Shown in pieces: positions 24,036 through 35,796 of a stretch of DNA of 64,000 nucleotides (position 1 is its first letter; each line of letters opens with the position of its first letter). The notes under the pieces are model-generated. The model was not told where the DNA came from. It saw only the letters and a list, made by a program, of their open reading frames with translations, and did not search any database. Origin of the DNA: Octopus bimaculoides. Lineage: Eukaryota. The stretch is taken from the NCBI RefSeq assembly GCF_001194135.2, contig NC_068996.1:7739012-7803011 (forward strand), read 5' to 3'. Made by a program: the position numbers and the translations under genes.

Positions 24036-25194
24036 CTGAAAATAAAGACAAAAGAAAAATTTATTTTTTTCTACCATCATCAGATTATTTTGTTTATTTT
24101 CATTTTCCTCTTTTTTTAACCCTTTAACTGCAAAATTAAATTTTACGGTTACTAATACTAAAATTATTATTTTCTGTAAGTCTTAATAAACTTGACATTA
24201 TCATCATCCTTTAACGTCCGTTTCCATGCTGGCATGGGTTGGAAGGTTTAACTGGAAGCTGGCAAGCTGCAGAGCTGCACAAGGTTCCAGTCTAAATTTG
24301 GGTCCTATGGCTGTATGTCCTTCCTAATGCCAACCACATGGAACTGCACATAGCTCAAAAAAAATAAATAAATAAATAAAATAAATATTCAAACATGACA
24401 TTCCTCAATAAAAGTGATTGATATATAAAACTGCTCCTGACTGTTAAAAGTAATGAAAATTTGAGTGGACGTATTTGATTTCCACAATAAAGGCGCTAAA
24501 GGCAGCAAATTGGTAAGAGCCATTAGAAAATTGGGTATAGAATGCTTTGTGGTATTTATAGCTCTCTGAGGTCACATCCTAATCAAGACAATATAAGTAA
24601 GTAAATCTGAAACAAAGAGGTCTAAATGCTAGAACAGAAAAAAACAATCGTATGTTTTTTTTTTATCATTAAATCAAAAGATAAGTTATTTAACCCTTTA
24701 GCATTCAAATTACTCTATCAAATGTAACGCTTATTTATTCACATTACTATGAATTAACCATGCAATATCTAAATAGCTTAAAGATTTTGATGTGATTATT
24801 TTTACAAGGACATTGTAGGGTAGGTGTGAGAGGCCAGATTTGGCTGGTTTGAACATAGAACAAGTAGAATATTTAGGCCAGGTATGGTCAGTTTAATATA
24901 TAAAGGCTTGAACCACTTTCCCTGCTAAAGCAAGGGTTATCCTTTGTGGGAACCCTATGCCAGTCTTTTTCCATTTTGCCCTCTCTTTACAGTCACCCAT
25001 CCAAGCCTCATCAAAACCCTTGGTCCTCAACTCTTTCTTTGTCCCTCATCTTTAGCCATATCATTATCTGTCTCAATCTTTCTCAACCTCTTTCCACATT
25101 TATTCCCATCACTTCTCGGTTATTTTTATCCTTCCTCAAGAAAAAAAATGTGCCATGTGGAACCAGCAAATAATTGAAATTTACATGTGAAATG

Positions 25195-25412
25195 TTATCG
25201 TTTAACGTCCGTTTTCCATGCTGGCATGGGTTAGACGGTTTGACTGGTGTCTGGGAGGCCAAGAGGCTGCACCAGGCCCCAATCTGATCTGGCAGTGTTT
25301 CTACAGCTGGATGCCCTTCCTAACGCCAACCACTCCGAGAGTGTAGTGGGTGCTTTTTACGTGCCACCAGCACAGGGGCCAGAGGAGCTGGTATCATCCA
25401 CAATTGGATGGT
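25195..25412 (-). mobile_element. RTE 3'UTR copy
   Basis: atcgtttaacgtccg..ctggatgcccttcctaacgccaaccactccgagagtgtagtggg. Confidence 0.8.
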
Positions 25413-26117
25413 ATAAAATTTAATTTTTATACAGGCACAAAAATCAAATTTCTAATGGGAGAAAGCTGACAGCGAGGGAGAGAAAAGGAGAGAAAAAGAG
25501 ACAAGGAAATATTCTATTCAAATACTACAAGGTATTAATCAAAATTAATCCTACATCATAAGGATGAAACAAAAATCTTTCTAATTTTGGCACAAAGCCA
25601 GTAATTTGATTACATCATCTCCAATTTTTGACTGGTACTTATTAACCCCCAAAAGGATGCAAGGTTAACTTGGCCTCAGCAAAATTAATAGTGAAACCTA
25701 ATATCATCATCATTGTTTAACATCCATTTTCCATGCTGGCATGAGTTGGACAGTATGAGAGGAGCTGGCAAACCAGAGAGCTGCACCAGGCTCCAACTGT
25801 TTGTTTTGACATGGTTCCTACAAATAGATGCCCTTCCTAATGCCAACTACTTTACGGTGTCCTGGGTGCTTTTTACATACCACTGGCACAGGTGCATTTC
25901 TGTAGTACCTGTACAAGTGCATTTTACATAGCACCAGCACTTACAAAGGACAGAGCTGCATGTATGGATGATTGCGGGTTTACTTAGCTTGACATGTCTC
26001 AAGTACAGTAAATCACCACAACTCCCAGTCCCTTGCCATTTCCACATTGAGATCATTCCCATTTGAAAAAAAGAAAAATTAGAATGTTAAGAAAAAAAAG
26101 ACAAATGACAGAAAAAA

Positions 26118-26580
26118 TGTTGTTGTTGGCATCCTTTTTGTCTCGGGAGACAATGGAGTTGTGCATAAAATAATCCAGTCTGGTTTTTACATTTCGTGTC
26201 CTAATACATCTCCTGCTGTGGCTGTGTAGTCCTCTCCTGGACAAACACTCCCTTTGGCAGGTGACGCAAATGTAGCCAGTTTTGTGCAGGCCTGGGCTAG
26301 ATGTAAGAAAATCCTGGGTAGCCCAATCATCAGGATTCCTCTCTCGACCATGCTGACGTAGTCCAAAGGAGTGCAGAGCATTACATTTGGCACCAGCTTG
26401 GTTGCAGGAGCTGCCAGAAGAGTGTAGAGTTGAACACTTAACTGCCTACAGCGCTCCATTCTAGATTTCTTTGAAGGTTGTCTCCTTTCCATAACCCCAG
26501 ATAGGGGCCCATACCGAGTACTGTCAGCCGGAGCCAGCTGAGCCCGGGACTTGTGTCAGGCAGGGTTGTCACTCCCTGAA
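26118..26580 (-). mobile_element. Non-autonomous RTE-related element (5'UTR-like head, RTE-type 3' end, (CAA)n tail)
   Basis: GC-rich block ending ctccattgtctcccgagacaaaaaggatgccaacaacaac; resembles RTE/BovB-type UTR sequences (recalled); no RT similarity. Confidence 0.55.
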
Positions 26581-26664
26581 GTAGTGAAGAAAATCGATAC
26601 CCACTAATAACCAGAAGACAAATGTAAAAAAAAAAGATCAAATTCACATAAAAATCAGACTTAC

Positions 26665-26745
26665 CTGATTTATTATAAATGAAGTTATTTGAGGGAAAGA
26701 TTTTCCTTCAATTCTAGGCTCAACTTCAAACTCCATATGTGGTTC
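26665..26745 (-). CDS. PDZD8: PDZD8 SMP exon: EPHMEFEVEPRIEGKSFPQITSFIINQ
   Basis: ttctcccttcag acceptor and CAG|gtaagt donor; 81 nt; matches human DPLIDFEVRSQFEGRPMPQLTSIIVNQ. Confidence 0.96.
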
Positions 26746-28068
26746 CTGAAGGGAGAAAATAAATTTTGATACATTTTCCTTTCTTTTTTCCATATTCTGA
26801 TTATATTTTTAAGGAATATTTTGCAACTATTTAGTTTATGGAATTATCAACCCTCATTTGTTCATGGGGAAATTTACCTTACTTGGAAATGAGTGTTTTC
26901 ATGAAAAGTTGGAAAAAATGGAAACCACTTACATGGTGGTGTTATTTGTTTACAACTACTATGCAATGTCAAGGTAAGTAACACACACACATAGGGGCAG
27001 GTATGGCTATGTGGTAAGAAGCTTGCTTCCCAACCACATGATCCCAGGTTCAGTCCCACCTTAAGCAAATGTCTTCTACTATGGACTCGGGATTTGGTAG
27101 ATGGAAACTGAAACAAGCCCATCATATATATATGCACACACATGTTCAACTATTATTACTTAATATTCTAAAAACATACTACAGTCAATTTTTTAAAAAT
27201 GAAAGAACAACACAATACATTTACATAAAATATTACAAGTATTATATAATATATTAAATAATTACTATTACCATCATTTAATTAAATATAAATAACATTA
27301 ACATATTATCAACTACAAATCAATAAAATTAACCTATTTTATACTCAAAATAAATATAAATATATAAACACACGCTCATACATGTGCATGTTTGTGTGTG
27401 TGTGTGTTTGTGTCCTCCTAACTTAACAGCTTGGTAAAAAGAGACTGATAGAACAAGTAGCAGGCTTTAGAAAAGAAAATAAATGTACTGGGGGGTCAAT
27501 TCATTTGCCCCAGCATGGATGCAGTCTAATGACTGAACTGAAACAAGTAAAAGATAAAAGATATATTATGAGCTTCCCTTCAGTTTCTGTCTACCAAATC
27601 CACTCATTAGCTTTGTTTGGCTTGTCTGTTTTTCTCTGCTAGCATGGGTTAGACAGTTTCATAGGATTTAGCAAGCTACAGAACCACATTGAGCTCAAAT
27701 GTCAGCTTTGATATGGTTTCTATGGCCGGATGCCCTTCCTAACAACAACCACTTTAAGTGTGTACTGGGTCCTTTATATGTGGAACCAGCACTTGTGAGC
27801 ATGTCAAGTAACTTGCAAGGCCAGAACAGGAGAAAAGAAACCCTCGTCTTAACCAAATGGGTCAGTGGTTTCATGTCAGGTGTTGATAAGTTAAAAGGGA
27901 CGAACCCAGGTACTTTGCTCTAGAGGAGAAATATATCCATGTTGCATTATGTAAGGGTGGGAGTAGCTGGGAAGAAGATGACGACAGTGATGACAAGAAA
28001 GCCAGAGCATCTCAAGATAAAACAAAGTGAATATGAGAGGGAATACAAACAGTGGATCAAGGAAGGAG

Positions 28069-28104
<36 letters not shown>

Positions 28105-28114
28105 NNNNNNNNNN

Positions 28115-28155
<41 letters not shown>

Positions 28156-28296
28156 ATATGAATTTCTCTTGACTACAGCAACAAAAATGATTTTAGAAAT
28201 CTTCATAGCAAATCTTTGATTAATTTTAGAATTGAGAAAAAAGAATTTTTTTCCAAGTAAATGATATTAAAAGAAATCAAAATGTTTGAAACTGAC

Positions 28297-28473
28297 CTCA
28301 TAGAAAGCAAAATTCCAATGTGTATAAGGGTCACGGGTGAATAGGAGACGTGCTTTGCCGACCAACTTTGTAACAGTGATTGACAAATACGCAGATTTCC
28401 CAAACATGAGATCAACATCAACAGCCATCTGGAATCCACCAGAATATTCAATATCCAATGCTATTTCCAGCAC
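28297..28473 (-). CDS. PDZD8: PDZD8 SMP exon: VLEIALDIEYSGGFQMAVDVDLMFGKSAYLSITVTKLVGKARLLFTRDPYTHWNFAFYE
   Basis: ttttgaaag acceptor and gtcagt donor; 177 nt. Very close to human EVEYNGGFHLAIDVDLVFGKSAYLFVKLSRVVGRLRLVFTRVPFTHWFFSFVE. Confidence 0.97.
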
Positions 28474-31078
28474 CTTTCAAAAGAATATATAAAAATGAAG
28501 AATTTTAATATTCTGAACAAAAGCAAAATATTATTACTGATGGTGGCAGTTGTTATTGTAAGGATAGTTATTGTAATGGTGATGTTTGTGGTGGCAGCAA
28601 GAGTGCAAAATGGCACTGAAAGTAAATACAGGTGAAATGCTGCTAAGCATTTTGCTCAGCGTGCCTACCATTCTACCAGCTCACCACCTTGTCTAGGTGA
28701 GAAGATATTATTACTGTGTTTTCCAGCATACAAGTGGACATGGTGCAGACATGTAGTGTAAACATTAAAACATCATTGCTATCTTTCCAAATCCTGTTGC
28801 ATTTAACATGGAATTTTTGGTCCTCCAAAGTTGTCTTGGTATATAAGTTGACATACCTTTATTTTTTTTTTTCTCTTTTAGGTATAAATTTTAGTCTAAA
28901 AATTTCAACTAGCAGAAAATACAATGGAGATATCATATGTTTTCCTTCTCTTGTGCAAAGAAAAAGCCAACATTTTAAAGTTTGGGAAAATGCATCTCGA
29001 AAACAATTTATAATATAAATATTTCTAAGACAAACACATGAAACTACAAAAGGAGCTTCCATATCATTTATCAAAATGCTCAATGTTAGAGCTAACAATG
29101 GAGCTTTTATGTAATCATATAGGGCCCTCGTCAATGAAGCAAATTTTTCAGCCATCTGAAAAATTTTAACAACCACATTGAGATTGTTTCTGATTCAATA
29201 ATTAAAAAAAAAAATTTAAAAAACGCATCTTAAAGTGTCCCTATTCATTTTATGACTATTTATGTTTTGTAAGAACCTTTATTTTTCAGATGCCAGCTTA
29301 ATAATGTATAAGTTATTTATTAACTCTTTAGCATTTAAACCGGCTATATCCAGCCCAAATATTCTACCAGTTTTATTATCAAATTGGCCAGATCCAGCCT
29401 CTCACACATACCCTACAATGTCATTCTGAAAATAATTATAGTCAGAAGCTCAAAGCTACAAAATAAGGCAGTATTAATTCAAAACAATGTGAATAAGTAT
29501 TATATTTTACTGTAAGGATAAATACCTCTAAATTCTTGATTAATTTCACTATTAATTGGAACATTGGCAGAGTATTTCAATATGTTGATGAAAGCATTAA
29601 GAACTAAAACAGGGACTGCATGTATTATGTCCAAAGAGTCACATTCAGCAGGCTCTTCAGGAAGGCATGATGGTCATAGCTAGAACAATTAATGAATTAT
29701 TCTTTAACCAGGAAGACTGCCAATATGTCAACTGAACCATTTTGTTACTATATTACTCTTGAAGCATACTCTGCTTCAATCAAGTTTGAAAATGAAGAAT
29801 ATAGTAAAATAACTCATTATTAAAAGCTGATGTTTGGAATATAAACCAACATTAAACTTTAATAAGAATTTTTAATTTAGAACACTTCAGAACTGGAAGT
29901 TTGTACCACAGAATGAAAGGCAGTCTCAGACTGGTTGGTCAAAAGAGTTAAGGAAAGTTAAACAATTTGTTAAGCTGCCCAACAATATTAATGCTGTCAT
30001 CATCACAAAACAGTTGAATCTACAAGAAAATTAAAATGGTTTAACTTCCTCAAATATGAGAGTTACCAATAAATAATTGCCTAATGTGCCAAGACATAGT
30101 CATCAATAAATATTTCTGATGTTTCCATTAGATAAATGTGAAAATTTAACTAAACTATTGATTTTTTAAAACAATATTTTGCAGTAAGTTACTCAAACAA
30201 AATTTCAAAATTAAATGCTTAAATAACAAAGACCAAATATTGTTATATATTATTTCATTTCATTTCTGCTTTTTCATGTTAATATGAGTTTGAATGGAGA
30301 TTTACTGAGAGAGGATAACTTTATGGTTTGGCAAGAATAAATACAAGGCTTAAAAAAAAAAAAAAAAGTACTATTCAACTAAACCTTTCAAGGAAGTGCT
30401 TCAACATGGCCACAGTCTTATGGAAAACAAGTAAATGGTAAAAGATAAATTTAGTAAAATATGTCATTATTATTACAAGTTGGAGACAACAAGCTGGCAG
30501 ATTTGCTAGCACATTGGATAAATAAAGCTTAGAGATATTTAGTCCATCATCACATTTTGAGTCCAAATGTCACTGAGGTCAACCTTTGCCTTTCATCCTC
30601 TTAGAGGTTTNNNNNNNNNNNNNNNNNNNNNNNNNNNNNNNNNNNNNNNNNNNNNNNNNNNNNNNNNNNNNNNNNNNNNNNNNNNNNNNNNNNNNNNNNN
30701 NNNTAGAGGGGATCAATGAAACACTGGAGTTCAAGGTAATTGATTATCCCACTTCCCACCCAAAATTTCAGACCTTGTGCCTATAGAAGAAAGGATTTAG
30801 ACCACTTTGAAACACGGTCTGTAGCATAGAACCAGGGATAGTCTCATGCAAGTTGAACTCAAAAGGGTTAAAGGAACAGGTGCAGCTTCTCCATTGGTGA
30901 GGTGTCTGTCAAGCTGGGGTTTCAACTTCATACATGAATACAGTTATTTGGGATGTTCCTACAAACTTTTGAGTTTATATGTCTCATCACTGTAATACAA
31001 ATAATAATAATAATACCCTATAAAAATACTAACATTATTTCAAATATTTGGCATATCCAGTAACATAATACAACTCAC

Positions 31079-31162
31079 CTCCAAGGCAGAATCCTTTACT
31101 TCATTTTTTACAATAACTGAATGAAAAGTTGGAAACCTGGTGCCAAGGTTGAAATCTCTAAC
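31079..31162 (-). CDS. PDZD8: PDZD8 SMP exon: VRDFNLGTRFPTFHSVIVKNEVKDSALE
   Basis: ccatatcag acceptor and gtgagt donor; 84 nt, phase 0 to 0; joins both neighbours in frame; similar to human LRDVFLGETVPFI. Confidence 0.9.
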
Positions 31163-31238
31163 CTGATATGGAATGATAAAGAAATCAATAAGATTATGCA
31201 TCAAGTTACAATTTTTTTTAAAAACTTATTTACCAGAC

Positions 31239-31282
<44 letters not shown>

Positions 31283-32879
31283 NNNNNNNNNNNNNNNNNN
31301 NNNNNNNNNNNNNNNNNNNNNNNNNNNNNNNNNNNNNNNNNNNNNNNNNNNNNNNNNNNNNNNNNNNNNNNNNNNNNNNNNNNNNNNNNNNNNNNNNNNN
31401 NNNNNNNNNNNNNNNNNNNNNNNNNNNNNNNNNNNNNNNNNNNNNNNNNNNNNNNNNNNNNNNNNNNNNNNNNNNNNNNNNNNNNNNNNNNNNNNNNNNN
31501 NNNNNNNNNNNNNNNNNNNNNNNNNNNNNNNNNNNNNNNNNNNNNNNNNNNNNNNNNNNNNNNNNNNNNNNNNNNNNNNNNNNNNNNNNNNNNNNNNNNN
31601 NNNNNNNNNNNNNNNNNNNNNNNNNNNNNNNNNNNNNNNNNNNNNNNNNNNNNNNNNNNNNNNNNNNNNNNNNNNNNNNNNNNTTTTTTTTTTTTTTTTT
31701 TTTACTTGTTATTCAAACAAATTAGTCAATGTTAGTTTAATTGACTTGTGTTGAACACAATGTCAGACAAAAATGATACATTTTTTCATCCATATAGCTT
31801 TAGAAAATACAAGTGGAATGATGTGACTTGTTCAAGACAATTATGCAGTTCCTGGCCTCATCAGACCTTTGATAAATTACTATGGTTTCTGATAATGTTG
31901 GTAGATGTAGTTCACCTAAATATGCAGTCGTAATGGATGCAATCAACATGGGTTTAGACAAGCCTCCATCATCAGAATAGAGAAGATCTTAAATTTCAGA
32001 TTTCAATGCAGAAAAGTTCAAAGATGGGATGAATAAAAGTGCAGAACCAGCTGTATTTGAGTAGGGAATTGGAGGGTCGGTGGGGTTGTGAAGACAGGGA
32101 ACAGTGAGGAGAGATAAGAGAGCTAGTTCAGGAAGAGGGGGGGTGGGGCTATTAATGAGGGTGTTAAGAAGGTGGTACTAAAGGTGGAGAATTTGGGAGA
32201 CAAATGGAAAAAGTAGGATAGATAATAATTGAAGGGCAGTCTGTTTTGTTGAATTTGATGAAAACAGACACACACACCATCAACCCCATCCTTAAATGCC
32301 ACTTTTCCATACAGGCATGGGCTGGGCAGTTCAATAGGAGCTGGTAAACTGTCTGATCTATGCCAGTATATAAAAAAAATAAAGTATAAAATACATTCTA
32401 CTTAAGAAAAATGCCATAAGCAAAGGATGAACCAATTGTTAATTTGAAGAGGACCCTGAATGATTTGCTGCACGAAGCATTTTAGAGGATTCTCTGTAAT
32501 AATTTGTGAAAGCCATAGGCAGAAGCCTTGTTCAATCACCTGGCTGTACCCTAATTCAACAACTCTGGATGGTCTGGGCAGGAGGCTGTATGAAAAAGCA
32601 AGATACCCAGCAGCCATGAGTTGTAACAGTCAATAGGAGGCCTGGGGTCAGGTGTGATTAAGGAACAGTGGAGAGTTTGGGTGAAAGCTATAAGAAGCTA
32701 GGAAAGAGAAATGTATGAGGAAGTGATAAAGAGAAGGGAAGGTAAGGCACATATTAAGGTCCTCATTTAACAATAGTTTATATTGACACTAAAGGGACTT
32801 TAGAATCACTGTGTATATAGATTAGTTCACATAGCTGTCAAGAAGAGATGCCAAACCAAGGAAATATTACAGTTGTATA

Positions 32880-33041
32880 TTTAAGAGATGAGGAATTATG
32901 TACATTATTTACATTTGATGGATATTTGTCCTCATCTTGTTTGTTGTTAACACAACGTTTCGACTGATATACCCTCCAGCCTTCATCAAGTGTCTTGGGG
33001 AAATTTCAAACCTGGGTTCTCATTCATAAGGTATTTTTCGA

Positions 33042-33073
<32 letters not shown>

Positions 33074-33131
33074 TCACTGCCTGGAATCGAATTCGGAATC
33101 TTGGGGTTAGTAGCCCGCACTCTTAACCACT
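32880..33131 (-). mobile_element. tRNA-headed SINE with Penelope-like hammerhead tail (left arm)
   Basis: Reverse complement: agtggttaagagtgcgggctactaacc..gaattcgattcc head, (AAT)n, then gacacTTGATGAaggctg..cagtcGAAACGTTgtgtt. Confidence 0.75.
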
Positions 33132-33142
33132 GTTAGCCCACG

Positions 33143-33372
33143 GGCATATGGCATAGTGGTTAAGAGAGCGGGCTACAAACCCCAAAATTCTGAGTTCGAT
33201 TCCAGGCAGTGACCTGAATAATAATAATATTGAAAAAATACCTTGGGGAAATTTCGAACCTGGGTTCTCTTTCCTAAGACACCTGACAAAAACTGGAGGG
33301 TATATCAGCCGAAACGTCATGTTAACAATGAACAAGATGAGGACAAATATCCGTCAAATGTAAATAATGTAA
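33143..33372 (+). mobile_element. tRNA-headed SINE with Penelope-like hammerhead tail (right arm)
   Basis: A-box tggcatagtggtt, B-box gagttcgattcc, (AAT)n, then gacacCTGACAAaaactg..cagccGAAACGTCatgtt. Confidence 0.75.
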
Positions 33373-33746
33373 ATCTAAGAAATATTCTTGAATTTACTGG
33401 GATCAGATAACACTGACAGGCTAACAACTTCTACAAATTGTTATTAAAGAGAATCCTCTAAAATGCCTCATGCAGAGAATCACCAGGAGACAACTTCAGA
33501 TTGATAATTGGTTAGACTTAATACTCATATTACTATGTAATTAAGTTTCATAATGAAAAATGTTTTCATACAAACTAAACCAGATGTTAGACATTGTTTT
33601 CATTTTCTCAACGAGAAAGAAATTCTAAAATCAATAACTAAAACAGATTAGTAAAGAAGAACCGTGTTTGTATACTGTTCAAACATCAACGATTAAAGAA
33701 AGAGAGAAAAAAATAAAGAAAACTGATGATGTAGTATACTCTATAG

Positions 33747-34008
33747 CAGTGGTTCCCGAAGTGGGTGATACTGCCCCACTGGGGGTGGTGGAAGAAAAGT
33801 GGGATGATATTGGGGTGGCCAAAATGGGGTGATAGATGTAAAAAAAAATATCAATAGGTTAATTAAGTTTAAGTCTTATTTGTGAAATAGTTATTTTGAA
33901 TTTGCTACAGAAAAATGGTCTATATTTGTGGTGGGGAGGGAGAGGGGATGTTAGGAATGTGGTCTGGGTGTCAAGCGGGTGGCAGCCTGAAAAATTTGGG
34001 AACCACTG
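33747..34008. mobile_element. hAT (Charlie-like) MITE
   Basis: TIRs cagtggttccc / gggaaccactg with a perfect 8-bp TSD ctctatag (33739-46 and 34009-16). Confidence 0.88.
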
Positions 34009-34477
34009 CTCTATAGGTTTAAACTATCTTACTACTCCTCTCCATTAACAATTCTTTGAACAGCTAAAACCTATCGTTTGGTCTCAACATGAACTCAGAA
34101 GAGTTACAGGCAACAGTGACTCAGATAACAGATGACTGTAAAAGATCAGGCAACTCTGGATCAAACAGCAGATAACTGTACAATTTCAGATGGCAGTAGA
34201 TCAAAGCATAGATAAGTGTAGAGTTTTAGATAACCATGGATCAAATTATAGATAACTGTTGTTTTAGATAACAGTGACTCAGACCTTGGATAAATCATAA
34301 AGCTAATTTTAGAGAATTTCGAAAGCAACTTTAATAAGTTATACATACAACAAACACACAGATATAAACACATGCAGGAAGCTACATGAAGACACACAGA
34401 CTTCAATGCATACAGCAGATATGCACAATTAGACACACACACACACACACACATAGAAACACTCATGTAGGTGTAGA

Positions 34478-34858
34478 GAGAAACAGAGAGAGGGAAAGAC
34501 AGAAATGGAGGGAGAGAAAAAGAGAGAAAAAGAGAGAGAGGAGACAGAAGGAGAAAGACAAAAAGAAAGAGACAAGATACAGAAAGAGAAAGACAAAAAG
34601 AGAGAGCGGAGACAGAAGGAGAAAGACAGAAAGTGAGAGAGAGAGAGCAGGAGAGGGAGCAGGAGAGAGAGCAGGAGAGAGAGTGAGAGAGAGAGTGGGA
34701 GAGAAGAGAGAGAGGGGGAGAGAGAGCAAGAGAGAAAGGGAGAACGAGAGAGAAAGAGAGAAAGGGAGAGCGAGAGAGAAAGGAGAAGGGAGAGAGAGAG
34801 AGAGAGAGAGAGAAAGGGGGAAGGAGAGAGAGAGAGAAAGAGAGAGAAAGAAAGAGAA
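34478..34858. repeat. Long GA-rich low-complexity tract
   Basis: Directly visible; explains the RE-rich and LS-rich spurious ORFs. Confidence 0.9.
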
Positions 34859-35030
34859 GGGAGCTTTACTGGAAATATTAACCAAACTGTATGTATAGGT
34901 GTCCTTGTTTAAAATTTATTATCCTTTCTCACCAAACTTGTGGCATTGAACATTAATATGTTGCAGCAATTATACAAATGGTGGTGGTGTTGGTGGTGGT
35001 AACAGAAGGTAAATGAGGACTGAATCTTAC

Positions 35031-35109
35031 CACAATCTGGTCCAATAATTTGCCTGATGTTGTCTGTAACATGTCTTCAAATTCCATGCTCATACGTTTC
35101 GCAACCCAT
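35031..35109 (-). CDS. PDZD8: PDZD8 exon (5'-most found), start of SMP domain: (R)WVAKRMSMEFEDMLQTTSGKLLDQIV
   Basis: ttttacag acceptor and gtaaga donor; 79 nt, phase 2 to 0. Matches human PDZD8 RWVTKKIKVEFEELLQTKTAGRLLE (recalled). Confidence 0.93.
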
Positions 35110-35664
35110 CTGTAAAAATACATCAGAAAAATACATATATAAAAAATATGCATAAAAGAATTGTGGGCAAGTAAGATATACAGATGAGCGTTTCTAAAGA
35201 TTAGCTTAAAACTCCAAGAGAAAGTATTAAATATAATCATCTGTAGACATACTTTCAAAGTGTTCTATAAAATAATCAAATTCATTTTAAGCAACCTATG
35301 ATATTACCAAAAATACTCTTACTAATCAAGTAAGATGCCAAATGCAATCTTGAACAAGAAGCAAACCAAAATGAAGAAAGTAACTGACAAGTTCCCATCG
35401 TTTGAATGCTGTAGATTTCTATAACAGTGACAAAGGATATTTTGACTGTTGATGGATGCAGTTCTAATGGGTTAGTATGGCAGAAAGGATGTCAAGAACA
35501 GCTTTATGTCAGATTGTAGTTCTTTTTTGTGTGCAAGAAGCCATTATTAATATCAGAAGATATCCCATAGGATAAACTAATCTCATTCATTTAAGCTGCA
35601 ACAAACAAAATATTCAGGAAGTAGGTTATGATTTAAGTTGAGCATAGGCAACCTTTCTTGAAAA

Positions 35665-35796
35665 GCAGGCCACACGAAATGGAGCTCGTCACACCGGGCA
35701 GGCCACATGAGATGAGGCTCGTCACACCAGGCAGGCCGCACGAGACGAGGCTCGTCACACCAGGCTGGCTGCATGAGACAAAGCTCATTATCTGGA
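35665..35796. repeat. 33-bp GC-rich minisatellite, 4 units
   Basis: gcaggccacacgaaatggagctcgtcacaccgg and three variants in register. Confidence 0.9.

Noticed and set aside
23766-24080. 104-aa ORF as a stand-alone gene
   Set aside because: Its core is a PDZD8 exon; the ends are polypyrimidine tract and intron.
26187-26492. 101-aa GC-rich ORF as the missing PDZ exon
   Set aside because: It lies in the wrong intron, has no PDZ similarity, and is explained by a repeat with another copy at 5890.
33143-33215. tRNA gene
   Set aside because: A and B boxes are present but I see no complete acceptor stem, and it runs into a SINE body present in two copies.
34386-34898. RE-rich and LS-rich ORFs on both strands
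   Set aside because: Products of a GA low-complexity tract; no splice or homology support.
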